From contig CAZFWW010000001.1 in the NCBI GenBank assembly GCA_964522645.1, forward strand, positions 1 to 40,327: a stretch of 40,327 nt of DNA, in the 5' to 3' direction. This DNA is from an uncultured Mycoplasmatales bacterium (GTDB taxonomy: Bacteria; Bacillota_I; Bacilli_A; UBA3375). Below the pieces are notes generated by a model. It saw only the letters and a list, made by a program, of their open reading frames with translations, had not been told where the DNA came from and searched no databases. The position numbers and the translations under genes are program-made. This document shows positions 9,638 to 18,448 of the stretch, one piece after another. Each line of letters begins with the position of its first letter. Position 1 is the stretch's first letter.

Positions 9638-10690
9638 ATGAAGAAATTGCTATCAATATTAACAGTAATGATTTTAGTATTAGCAGGTTGTAGTGGAGAC
9701 GCTGCTGGTGATGAAACTAAGGTAGGATTAGTTACTGATACTGGTGGAGTTAATGATAAGTCATTTAACCAAGGGACTTGGGAAGGTATTGAAGAATTTA
9801 AAAAAGATAATAACATTCTTTCAAGTTATATTGAAACGGGTGAACAGTCTCAAGTTGAGCAAAATTTAAATGCTTCAGCATCACAAAATGATGTAGTTGT
9901 TGCTGCAGGGCACAACCATGAAAACCCAATATATAATGTTGCAACTGCAAATCCAGATACTAAGTTTATTTTAATCGATGGTGTGCCATCAGATATTAAT
10001 AATCCAGATAGTACAGAAACATTAGACAATGTACATTCATTCTTATTTAGAGAAGAACAAGCAGGTTATTTAGTTGGTTATATTGCAGGTTTAAAAACAG
10101 AAACTAACGTTGTTGGTTTTGTTGGAGGAATGAAAATTCCACCAGTTGAGCGTTTTGGTTACGGATTCGTACAAGGTGTTCAAGATGCAAATCCAGATGC
10201 AGAAGTTATTTATAACTATACAGGAACATTCAGTGAAGTTGGTGTTGGGAAAACAACGGCATCAGCAATGTACTCGCAAGGTGCTGACATTATCTTTAGT
10301 GCAGCAGGTGGAGTAAATACAGGTGTTATTGAAGCAGCTAAAGATGAAATTTCTAAAGGTAAAACTGCATGGGTAATTGGTGTTGACCGTGACATGTATG
10401 AAGAAGGAATTTATGAAGATGGTAAGTCACTTATCTTAACATCAGCAGTTAAACACGTTGGTGAAGCAGCGAAAAAAGGGTTAGAGTTATATGAAAGTGA
10501 TAAATTTGAAGGTGGAGTTACTAATTTAGGTTATGAAGATGGAGCAGTAGGACTTCCAGCTGAAAACCCAAATTTAGAAGATGACATTGTTGAAAAAGCA
10601 ACAAAAGCACTTGAAGGTACTGAAAAAGTATATTCTACAGCTGATGAATTAAAAGAAAACTTAACGATTAAAGTTACAGGTGAAATTTAA
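9638..10690 (+). CDS. BMP-family (PnrA/TmpC-like) nucleoside-binding lipoprotein
   Basis: Lipobox LAGC; DTGGVNDKSFNQGTWEG, FREEQAGYLVG, WVIGVDRD, LTSAVK. Confidence 0.9.
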   Translation: MKKLLSILTVMILVLAGCSGDAAGDETKVGLVTDTGGVNDKSFNQGTWEGIEEFKKDNNILSSYIETGEQSQVEQNLNASASQNDVVVAAGHNHENPIYNVATANPDTKFILIDGVPSDINNPDSTETLDNVHSFLFREEQAGYLVGYIAGLKTETNVVGFVGGMKIPPVERFGYGFVQGVQDANPDAEVIYNYTGTFSEVGVGKTTASAMYSQGADIIFSAAGGVNTGVIEAAKDEISKGKTAWVIGVDRDMYEEGIYEDGKSLILTSAVKHVGEAAKKGLELYESDKFEGGVTNLGYEDGAVGLPAENPNLEDDIVEKATKALEGTEKVYSTADELKENLTIKVTGEI

Positions 10691-10737
10691 TTTATAAATA
10701 GTTACTTAAATTAAAGATAAAATTATTATTAAGTGAT

Positions 10738-10780
10738 AAAAAAAGATACATGACTCATTAGAGTTTCATGTATCTTTTTT
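10738..10780. terminator. Bidirectional intrinsic terminator between convergent genes
   Basis: aaaaaagatacatga...tcatgtatctttttt with A-run and T-run flanks. Confidence 0.8.
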
Positions 10781-10817
10781 ATGTTATATTTTAATAAATT
10801 ATTACTTATGTTCATTG

Positions 10818-11504
10818 TTAAAATTCAATTTGTTCACGATCTAATAATAAGTAATCACCCATTTCAAGGTCTTCTGGTAATTCTAAATTTCCAAAAGAAA
10901 TTCGTTTTAATGCAACAACTTCATTTCCAACTGCTTCAAACATCTTTTTAACTTGATGGAATTTTCCTTCATTTATCGTAATTTTCACTTGGGTTTTTGT
11001 TATTTCTTCAACTTTTGCTGGTTTTGTAAAATAATCATCTAAAATATATACACCGGCTTCAAGACGAGATATTTGTTGATCAGTAATTTCATTTTTCAAA
11101 TCAGCTACATATGTTTTTTCAACATGATGCTTTGGATGTAATAATTGGTGAGATAGTTTTCCATCATTAGTGATTAATAATAATCCTGTTGTATCAATGT
11201 CTAAACGACCAACTGGAAAAAGATCAGTTTGAAAGTCTTCATCATCTAACAATTCTAAGACAGTTGGATGTAAGTTATCTTTCGTTGCAGAAACAAAATT
11301 CTTCGGTTTATTTAATAGAAAATAAACAAATTCTTGATAAATAAATTCCATATCGTAATATGAAATTGTATCACCTATTTCAATTTTAACATTTGGTGAA
11401 GTTATAACTTCATTGTTAACTCTTATTACTTTTTTCTTTAAGAGTTTTTTACTTTCTTTACGTGTTGAAATGCCACGTAGACTTAAAAATTTATCTAAAC
11501 GCAT
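10818..11504 (-). CDS. rsuA: 16S rRNA pseudouridine(516) synthase (RsuA family)
   Basis: MRLDKFL S4 domain, LLNKPK, FPVGRLDIDTTGLLLITNDG, EGKFHQVKKMF. Confidence 0.88.
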   Translation of the reverse strand: MRLDKFLSLRGISTRKESKKLLKKKVIRVNNEVITSPNVKIEIGDTISYYDMEFIYQEFVYFLLNKPKNFVSATKDNLHPTVLELLDDEDFQTDLFPVGRLDIDTTGLLLITNDGKLSHQLLHPKHHVEKTYVADLKNEITDQQISRLEAGVYILDDYFTKPAKVEEITKTQVKITINEGKFHQVKKMFEAVGNEVVALKRISFGNLELPEDLEMGDYLLLDREQIEF

Positions 11505-11545
11505 ATTCCTCCCTGAAATATATTATAATATGATTAGGAGTAAAT

Positions 11546-12073
11546 ATGGAGATAATTATCATTATATTATTTTTAGTAACAATAATCGGAGCATTTGAAC
11601 TTTGGGTTTTTTATCAAATTTATTTAGCACCATTTAAAGTAATAGATAGGGTTAAAGCAGATACAATTGTTATTTGTGGATGCAAACCATTTACTAGTGC
11701 AATTGCTGATCGGATTAGTAGCACTAAAAAAATCCTTAAAAGTAATCCTGATGCAATGTTAATAATTACAGGTACTAAAAGCGAAGTTAGATACATTAAA
11801 CAAGAAATTATTCATAATAACCGCATAATTGATGACGGTGCTCAAAATACTTTTGATAATATTAAAAATACTCACCAGTTATATAAGGGCAATACAGTAA
11901 TAATTAGTAATAAATATCACTTATTTCGTATTAAATTTATTTGCCAGTTTTTACTGGTAGAAGCAGAGTATTATGCATGTGATCAGCGTTTGTATTTAAA
12001 GGAAATCGTTCGAGAATTTTTTGCTTGTCAGAAAAATTTTTATAAATTAATAATTATCTTTTTTAAATTATAA
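11546..12073 (+). CDS. DUF218 (YdcF/SanA/ElyC-like) membrane-anchored protein
   Basis: N-terminal TM; DTIVICG, LIITG, NTFDNI, IISNKYHLFR, REF motifs. Confidence 0.65.
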   Translation: MEIIIIILFLVTIIGAFELWVFYQIYLAPFKVIDRVKADTIVICGCKPFTSAIADRISSTKKILKSNPDAMLIITGTKSEVRYIKQEIIHNNRIIDDGAQNTFDNIKNTHQLYKGNTVIISNKYHLFRIKFICQFLLVEAEYYACDQRLYLKEIVREFFACQKNFYKLIIIFFKL

Positions 12074-12097
12074 TATAATATAGAAGTTGGAGGTTAC

Positions 12098-12454
12098 ATG
12101 AGTATTAAAAAATATGGTGGCTTTATGATTACTAAAACAGCTCTAGAACGTTATAGTGTACCAAATTATTGGTATAAAGATGAATCAAGTAGTCCAATTG
12201 ATAATGGTTGGCGAATTATTGGTTTTGAAGATAGTGATGAATTTTTAGCAGATCCAGAAAATTGGACAATAATCAATATTAATGATGCCAAAGAAATTTG
12301 TCCATTTATTGTAGATTTTTTTAATGTGGAAATTGGAACAGAACTTTTTGTTAATTTTGATGAAAATAACATTACAACTTCAATTATTAATTTAGTTACA
12401 AATGAAGAAATCAAAACAAAAGAGATAGAGAAATATTTTCAAGACTTAATTTAA
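12098..12454 (+). CDS. DUF2185 / Imm33-like immunity-domain protein
   Basis: DNGWRIIG.EDSDEFLADPENW...CPFI...EIGT pattern; GGAGG RBS. Confidence 0.65.
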   Translation: MSIKKYGGFMITKTALERYSVPNYWYKDESSSPIDNGWRIIGFEDSDEFLADPENWTIININDAKEICPFIVDFFNVEIGTELFVNFDENNITTSIINLVTNEEIKTKEIEKYFQDLI

Positions 12455-12520
12455 GTAATAATCAAAATCAAAGTGCTGATTTTGATACAATAAAAGTAAT
12501 AAAACAAATGAGGAGAGACA

Positions 12521-12790
12521 ATGAAACAAGTATGTCAAAGTTGTGGAATGCCATTAAAGCAAGGTCAAGGAGATTTTCGTGGAACAGAGTCAGATGGAAC
12601 TAGAAGTGAAAAATATTGTACTCACTGCTACTTACAAGGAAAATATACAAATCCAAATATCACTAAAGAAGAAATGATTGAAATAACGTTTCGAGAACTT
12701 GATAAATCAAATACTGGTAAAATCAAAAAATGGATTTTAAAAAAAATATACCCTAAACAACTTGAAACATTAGAACGTTGGAAAAAATAA
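12521..12790 (+). CDS. Small zinc-ribbon protein (Zn_ribbon_2-like)
   Basis: CQSCGMPL...GTESDG..SEKYCTHCY...EEMI...LERW. Confidence 0.8.
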   Translation: MKQVCQSCGMPLKQGQGDFRGTESDGTRSEKYCTHCYLQGKYTNPNITKEEMIEITFRELDKSNTGKIKKWILKKIYPKQLETLERWKK

Positions 12791-13554
12791 TGAAAAAAGT
12801 ATTTTTCTTTGATATTGATGGAACATTTTTATCAGAAAAAACGGATGAAATTTTACCAAGTGTGAAGTATGTATATGAACAATTAATTGCTAATAATCAT
12901 GATGTATATTTGTGTACTGGTCGTAATCGACGAGATGCCCGAAAAATAACTAATCAATTAAACATTAACTCTTTTATTTGTTCAAATGGACAGTATATTG
13001 AAATTAAAGGAAAAGAATATTATTCTCGTTATATAACAGAACAAGAAAAATTAGATTATCTATCTGAACTTGAAAATGTTGTTTGGGGTTATATGACTAA
13101 TGATGATGTTAAAATCATTGAAAATGAAAGTGGAATTGAAAAAGATATTTTTTGCGAAGAATGGATGGAGTATTCTTATGCCACAAAAAAAGATTATTTT
13201 AATGATGATGTTTTAACAATAATTATCATTGATAATAAGATTGAAAACTATCCATTAATTAGTCAAAATAATAATATGTATTTATGGAATAATAGTAATT
13301 TTGATGTAATGCCCAATGATATTAATAAAGGAATTGGAATTAAAAAATTACTTGAAAAGTATGATGAGCCGGTTGAAGTTTTTGCTTTTGGTGATAACTT
13401 TAACGATGTTCAAATGTTTGAAGTGGCTGATAATGCAATTTGTATGGGTAACGGTTGTGATGTGGCAAAAAAAGCAGCAGATTTCGTTACTAAAAAAGCA
13501 AGTGAAGATGGAATATTATATGCATTAAAAAAATATGGAGTTATTAATGAATGA
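12790..13554 (+). CDS. Cof-type HAD-IIB hydrolase
   Basis: FFDIDGT, CTGR, SNG, NKGIGI, AFGDNFNDVQM. Start taken at ATG 12790 (TAATG overlap with upstream gene). Confidence 0.9.
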   Translation: MKKVFFFDIDGTFLSEKTDEILPSVKYVYEQLIANNHDVYLCTGRNRRDARKITNQLNINSFICSNGQYIEIKGKEYYSRYITEQEKLDYLSELENVVWGYMTNDDVKIIENESGIEKDIFCEEWMEYSYATKKDYFNDDVLTIIIIDNKIENYPLISQNNNMYLWNNSNFDVMPNDINKGIGIKKLLEKYDEPVEVFAFGDNFNDVQMFEVADNAICMGNGCDVAKKAADFVTKKASEDGILYALKKYGVINE

Positions 13555-14011
13555 TTTAGAAAAACAAGAGATGATTGAAAATCTTCCTTCTTATTTAAAG
13601 GATTTAGCACTGGAAGTTCAAGATAAAAATGATGAATATGAAAAAGTTAAAGCGCAATTAACTGCGTTAAAAACTGCGAGTGATACTCTAAAAATCAAGG
13701 TTGATGCAACAGTCAATCAAATTACTGATGATGTTCAAAAAGTTAATAAAATAAAAGCGTATATCACAAATAACCCACAAGAGAGCGAAGAAAATTATGA
13801 ACAAATCGCTCCAGTATTTGAAACGTTAATTAAACGAATTAAAACCAATAAGCAGTTATTAAAAGAAATAAAGATTGAGAATGAAGTAATCATCCAAGAT
13901 ATTATGATTTTTAGTGAAGATGAAGTTAAATTAAAGCAAGAATTAGAAGAATTAAATAATACATTAAAAATTAATTTAGATTTTTCGCTACAAAATAACA
14001 TGATATCATAA
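13547..14011 (+). CDS. Hypothetical coiled-coil protein
   Basis: Long ORF rich in E/K/Q/L heptads; GGAG 6 nt before ATG 13547. Confidence 0.6.
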   Translation: MNDLEKQEMIENLPSYLKDLALEVQDKNDEYEKVKAQLTALKTASDTLKIKVDATVNQITDDVQKVNKIKAYITNNPQESEENYEQIAPVFETLIKRIKTNKQLLKEIKIENEVIIQDIMIFSEDEVKLKQELEELNNTLKINLDFSLQNNMIS

Positions 14012-14052
14012 CTTTGTGGTAAACTATAACTAATTAAAATCTAGGGGTTAGA

Positions 14053-14499
14053 ATGCAAAGAAAATATGGCCACATTTGTGTAGGCGTAGAAATCGAAAAA
14101 GTATGGGAATTATTTAATTTTTCTGAAATTAATGTTAAAAAATTAAATCCTAAGGTGATTTCAAAAGAAAATAAAGAAATTAAGCAGACTATTGTCGGGT
14201 CGACTTTTGTGCAAAAGTATGAGCGTAATGGAAAAGAATACACTCAAGATGTAAAAATAACCCATTATCAAAATAATGGTAATAAAAAAACAATTGGGAT
14301 GGAATATTATTATGCCAAAAAATATAAAGTAAATCGAATTGTTGCCTTAGAAAAAATGGGTGATAATGAAACAAAAATAACATGTGTAGTTGAAAGAGAA
14401 CCACGAAATCTAAAGCAACAATTATTATTTTATATTAAAAAGCCACAGACAGTTGAAAGTTACCTTGAACATATTAAAAATATCATCGAAAACAACTAA
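14053..14499 (+). CDS. SRPBCC/START-like family protein
   Basis: IEKVWELF...PKV...VGSTFVQKY...DVKITHY pattern of Bacilli SRPBCC proteins. Confidence 0.6.
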   Translation: MQRKYGHICVGVEIEKVWELFNFSEINVKKLNPKVISKENKEIKQTIVGSTFVQKYERNGKEYTQDVKITHYQNNGNKKTIGMEYYYAKKYKVNRIVALEKMGDNETKITCVVEREPRNLKQQLLFYIKKPQTVESYLEHIKNIIENN

Positions 14500-14503
14500 C
14501 ATT

Positions 14504-14534
14504 AAACTATTAGTATACTAATAGTTTTTGTTTT
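14504..14534 (+). terminator. Intrinsic terminator (perfect 24-bp palindrome containing TATACT)
   Basis: aaactattagta|tactaatagttt followed by ttgtttt. Confidence 0.6.
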
Positions 14535-14557
14535 GTTCAATGAAAAAGGAGTAATTA

Positions 14558-15166
14558 ATGGATAAGAAAACATATCTATCAAAAATGCAAGAATATGCAA
14601 AAGAACATAAAGTACCAATTATTGAACCCGAAGGTTTAGAGATTTTATTGCACTTTGTCAATGAAAAAAAACCAAAACGCATTTTAGAAATTGGTACAGC
14701 AATTGGTTATTCTTCGGCACATATGCAATTAACAACAGGTGCCGAAATTGTTACTGTTGAGCGTGATGAAACAATGTATAAAAAAGCGTTGGAAAACCAC
14801 CAAATATTACAGATAGATGATAAAATAAAATGTTATTTAGATGATGCTTTATTAATTGATAATCAACACTTTGGTCAATTTGATGTCATCTACATTGATG
14901 CTGCGAAAGCCCAAAATATTAAATTTGTTGAAAAGTATCAAAGGAATTTAGCAAAAGATGGAATATTTATTTTTGATAATTTATTATTTCATGGCTATGT
15001 TTATCAGAAACAAGAGGATATTCCAAGTCGTAATTTACGTCAACTAATTCGGAAAATAAATGACTTTTTAGATTTTGCCAAAAACCATGAAGAGTTTGAC
15101 TTTGAATTACATGAAATTGGAGATGGGATTGGAATTATGAAATATAAAGGAGATAATAATGCATAA
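14558..15166 (+). CDS. trmR: tRNA 5-hydroxyuridine O-methyltransferase (YrrM-like)
   Basis: VPII, ILEIGTAIGYS, IDAAKAQ, DNLLFHG, GDGI; synteny with yrrN-yrrO-udk-greA as in Bacillus subtilis. Confidence 0.8.
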   Translation: MDKKTYLSKMQEYAKEHKVPIIEPEGLEILLHFVNEKKPKRILEIGTAIGYSSAHMQLTTGAEIVTVERDETMYKKALENHQILQIDDKIKCYLDDALLIDNQHFGQFDVIYIDAAKAQNIKFVEKYQRNLAKDGIFIFDNLLFHGYVYQKQEDIPSRNLRQLIRKINDFLDFAKNHEEFDFELHEIGDGIGIMKYKGDNNA

Positions 15167-16058
15167 ATTAACAATAACACCATTTAACATTGAACATGCA
15201 ATTAAATGGAATGAGAGTGAGATGATTGAAGGATTCATTGTGGGTTCAAATACGTTTGGATTACGTCAAATTACTAATTTTGATTTAGAAATGATTGCTG
15301 AATTACGCCACATTACTAACAAAAAAATCTTTGTTAATGTAACTAAATTAATCCATAATCATGAACTTGAAGGATTGAAAAAATATTTATTGGAATTAGG
15401 TAAAATCAAAATTGACTATATAATTTTTAGTGATTTTGCAGTATTAAACCTGATTAATCAATTAGAGTTAGATGTTAAAACAATTTATAGTACAGAAACA
15501 ACAATTACCAACAATTCTTTTACAGAATTTGCTAGTGAAATAGGTGTTAATGGTGTAGATTTAGCAAAGGAAATTACTTACCAAGAAATCCAAGAGATTG
15601 CAGAAAATAAACAATCAGAAGTAATGATAAATATCCATTCGCATATTTATATGTATCAATCAGTACGAAAAATGATAACCAATTACCAAAATATTCAAAA
15701 GCGTGATTATGATTTGAAACGTGACTATTATTTGTATGATGAGGAACGTAATAACTATTATCCACTTGTTGAAAATCAGCAAGGAACACATTTACTTGCC
15801 AGTAATGATTTATGTACAATAAACCATTTAGACAAAATAAATACATTAAATGTTGATTATTTAATTATGAACGGATTTGGTTATACGAAAACAACTTTTG
15901 ATCAAATAATCAATTTATATATTGAAGCTTATTTACTGTTATTAGACGACTCAGAGAAATATACTGAGCAAAAACGTGAATATCTAAATCAGATTAAAGC
16001 ATTAGTACCTCATAAGAAAATGGGGACAGGATTTTATTTTAAAAAAACAATATACTAA
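15159..16058 (+). CDS. trhP1: Peptidase U32 family, YrrN-like tRNA hydroxylation subunit
   Basis: FGLR, ETTITN, LAKEI, MYQSVRK, GTH, TGFYFKKTIY; position in the cluster. Confidence 0.72.
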   Translation: MHKLTITPFNIEHAIKWNESEMIEGFIVGSNTFGLRQITNFDLEMIAELRHITNKKIFVNVTKLIHNHELEGLKKYLLELGKIKIDYIIFSDFAVLNLINQLELDVKTIYSTETTITNNSFTEFASEIGVNGVDLAKEITYQEIQEIAENKQSEVMINIHSHIYMYQSVRKMITNYQNIQKRDYDLKRDYYLYDEERNNYYPLVENQQGTHLLASNDLCTINHLDKINTLNVDYLIMNGFGYTKTTFDQIINLYIEAYLLLLDDSEKYTEQKREYLNQIKALVPHKKMGTGFYFKKTIY

Positions 16059-16071
16059 ATAAAGGAGAAAA

Positions 16072-17292
16072 ATGAAAAAACCAGAACTTTTAGCACCTGC
16101 TGGTAATCTAGAAAAATTAAAATTAGCATGTATGTATGGAGCTGATGCGGTTTTTCTTGGAGGAGAACAATATGGACTTCGCTCAAAAGCCGGTAACTTT
16201 ACAATCGAAGAAATTAAAAGTGGAGTTGAATTTGCTAAGGAATACGGAGTTGATGTGTATGTTACTACTAATATTTACGCCCACAGTGAGAATTACGCTG
16301 GATTTAAAGAGTTTGTCATTGAATTAGAAAAAATGGGAGTTGTTGGGATAATCGTTAGTGATCCAGGATATATTGCAATTACCAAGAAATATGCTCCTAA
16401 GTTGGAAATTCATATTTCAACACAACAATCAATTACAAATTATGAAACGGTTAAATTTTATGAAAACCTAGGTGTTGATCGAGTAGTTCTTGCTCGTGAA
16501 TTAACTTTTAGTGAAATAAAAGAAATTTCAGATAAAACTAATACCGAAATCGAAGTCTTTATCCATGGTGCTGTTTGTTCATCATATTCAGGTCGTTGTA
16601 CGCTTTCAAACCACATGACTAGCCGTGATTCAAATCGTGGTGGATGTACCCAAAGTTGCCGCTGGGAATATGATTTAGTATACTTAGAAGATGGTGCATA
16701 TCATGAAGTTGAAAAAGAATATAATGATACAGCATTTACAATGAGTGCAAAAGATATGGCACTATTAGAATATATCCCAGAATTATGTAATTTAAATATT
16801 GACTCATTTAAAATTGAAGGAAGAATGAAGTCATATCATTACTTAGCAACGGTTGTTAAAGTGTATCGTGTTGCAATTGATACGTATTTTGAAGATCCCC
16901 AAAATTACCAAGTTAAACAAGAATGGATTGATGAAATTAAAAAAGCTGAAGCCCGTGAAACTTACGAAGGAGCTTTAATTGGTGATTTCAGTGAAAAAGG
17001 ACAAATCTATAATGATCAATATCGTACGAATAAAGAATATGATTATTGCGGATACGTATTAGATTATAACGAAGAAACAAAGATTGCGAAAATTGAACAA
17101 CGTAATTTCTTTAAAATTGGCGATGAAATTGAATTTTTCGGACCAAATAATAACCTAATAAAACAAAAAATTGATATAATTTATAATGATGCCGGGGAAA
17201 AGATTGAAAAAGCCAATCACCCTTTAATGATTGTATATGTAAAGATGGAAGAACCAATTGCAAAAAATTGGCTACTTAGAAAAGAAAAATAG
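16072..17292 (+). CDS. trhP2: Peptidase U32 family, YrrO-like tRNA hydroxylation protein
   Basis: KPELLAPAG, VLAREL, HGAVCSSYSGRC, NRGGCTQSCRW (Fe-S Cys), KIEGRMKS. Confidence 0.85.
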   Translation: MKKPELLAPAGNLEKLKLACMYGADAVFLGGEQYGLRSKAGNFTIEEIKSGVEFAKEYGVDVYVTTNIYAHSENYAGFKEFVIELEKMGVVGIIVSDPGYIAITKKYAPKLEIHISTQQSITNYETVKFYENLGVDRVVLARELTFSEIKEISDKTNTEIEVFIHGAVCSSYSGRCTLSNHMTSRDSNRGGCTQSCRWEYDLVYLEDGAYHEVEKEYNDTAFTMSAKDMALLEYIPELCNLNIDSFKIEGRMKSYHYLATVVKVYRVAIDTYFEDPQNYQVKQEWIDEIKKAEARETYEGALIGDFSEKGQIYNDQYRTNKEYDYCGYVLDYNEETKIAKIEQRNFFKIGDEIEFFGPNNNLIKQKIDIIYNDAGEKIEKANHPLMIVYVKMEEPIAKNWLLRKEK

Positions 17293-17303
17293 ATAGGTGA
17301 TTT

Positions 17304-17939
17304 ATGAAAAATACAGGACTAATTATTGGAATTGCAGGACCATCAGCAGGTGGGAAAACAACTGTTACCAATCAAATCTTAAAACAATTTGCTAAAGATA
17401 AAGTTACTATTATTCGTTATGATGATTACTATAAAGATCAGAGTCATCTTACAATGGATGATCGTGTAAAAACGAATTATGATCACCCAAGTGCATTTGA
17501 TACTGATTTGTTAATTGGCGATTTAATTAAATTAAAAGATGGATGTGCGATCGAAAAACCAATTTATGATTTTGTCGAGCATAACCGGAGTCAGAAAACT
17601 GAACGCATTGAACCAGGTAATATTATTTTAGTAGAAGGTTTATTTACGTTACTAGAAGAGCAATTACGTGATTTATTAGATGTCAAACTATATGTAACCG
17701 CTGATTCGGATGAATGTTTTATTCGTCGACTAAAGCGTGATACAAACGAACGCGGACGCACAATTGATTCAGTAATCAATCAATATTTAACAACAGTAAA
17801 ACCAATGAAAGAAAAATTTATTGATCCAACTAAAAAACATGCAGATGTAATTGTTCAAAGTCGAGCTGATAATACAGTTGCAATTCAAATGATTACACAT
17901 GTTATTAATGATCATATAAACAAGCAAGGAGAAAAATGA
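17304..17939 (+). CDS. udk: Uridine kinase
   Basis: GIAGPSAGGKTT, DDYYKD, NYDHPSAFD, RRLKRD..ERGR. Confidence 0.95.
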   Translation: MKNTGLIIGIAGPSAGGKTTVTNQILKQFAKDKVTIIRYDDYYKDQSHLTMDDRVKTNYDHPSAFDTDLLIGDLIKLKDGCAIEKPIYDFVEHNRSQKTERIEPGNIILVEGLFTLLEEQLRDLLDVKLYVTADSDECFIRRLKRDTNERGRTIDSVINQYLTTVKPMKEKFIDPTKKHADVIVQSRADNTVAIQMITHVINDHINKQGEK

Positions 17940-18409
17940 TGAACGAAATTTATTTAACTGAAAGTCAATTACAAAAAACAAAACAAGATCTTGAGCACTT
18001 TATTCATGTAAAGCGTCCAGAAGTAGTAGAAAGAATTAAGGAAGCAAAATCGTATGGAGATTTATCAGAAAACTCTGAATATGATTCAGCACGTGAAGAA
18101 CAAGCATTTGTTGAAGCTAAGATTAAAGAATTAGAAGCAATTGTCACAAATGCGAAAATTATTGCTGAAAACATTGAAAGTGATGTGGTTGCATTAGGAA
18201 CTACTGTTAAGTACTTAAATGTTGACAAAAATGAAAAGTTTGAATACAAAATTGTTGGTGTGGGAGCAAATCCACTTGATGAAGAAGAACCATCAATTTC
18301 AACAGCAACACCGATTGCTCGTGGATTATTAGGAAAAAAAGTTAATGAACAATTTGTTATTGATATTCCTAAAGGACAAGTAGAAGTTAAAATATTAGAA
18401 ATTAAATAA
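17936..18409 (+). CDS. greA: Transcription elongation factor GreA (start 17936 or 17939)
   Basis: GDLSENSEYDSAREEQAFVE, IS..TPIARGLLG. Confidence 0.97.
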   Translation: MMNEIYLTESQLQKTKQDLEHFIHVKRPEVVERIKEAKSYGDLSENSEYDSAREEQAFVEAKIKELEAIVTNAKIIAENIESDVVALGTTVKYLNVDKNEKFEYKIVGVGANPLDEEEPSISTATPIARGLLGKKVNEQFVIDIPKGQVEVKILEIK

Positions 18410-18413
18410 AATT

Positions 18414-18438
18414 GAAAAAGGCTAATGCCTTTTTTTTT
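18414..18438 (+). terminator. Intrinsic terminator
   Basis: gaaaaaggc-taat-gcctttttttt. Confidence 0.7.
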
Positions 18439-18448
18439 CGGAGGAATA

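Noticed and set aside
18425..18448. ORF-track N-terminal extensions (here and at 12778, 13535, 19274, 32027, 32729)
   Set aside because: Downstream starts have proper RBS spacing or translational coupling and match family N-termini
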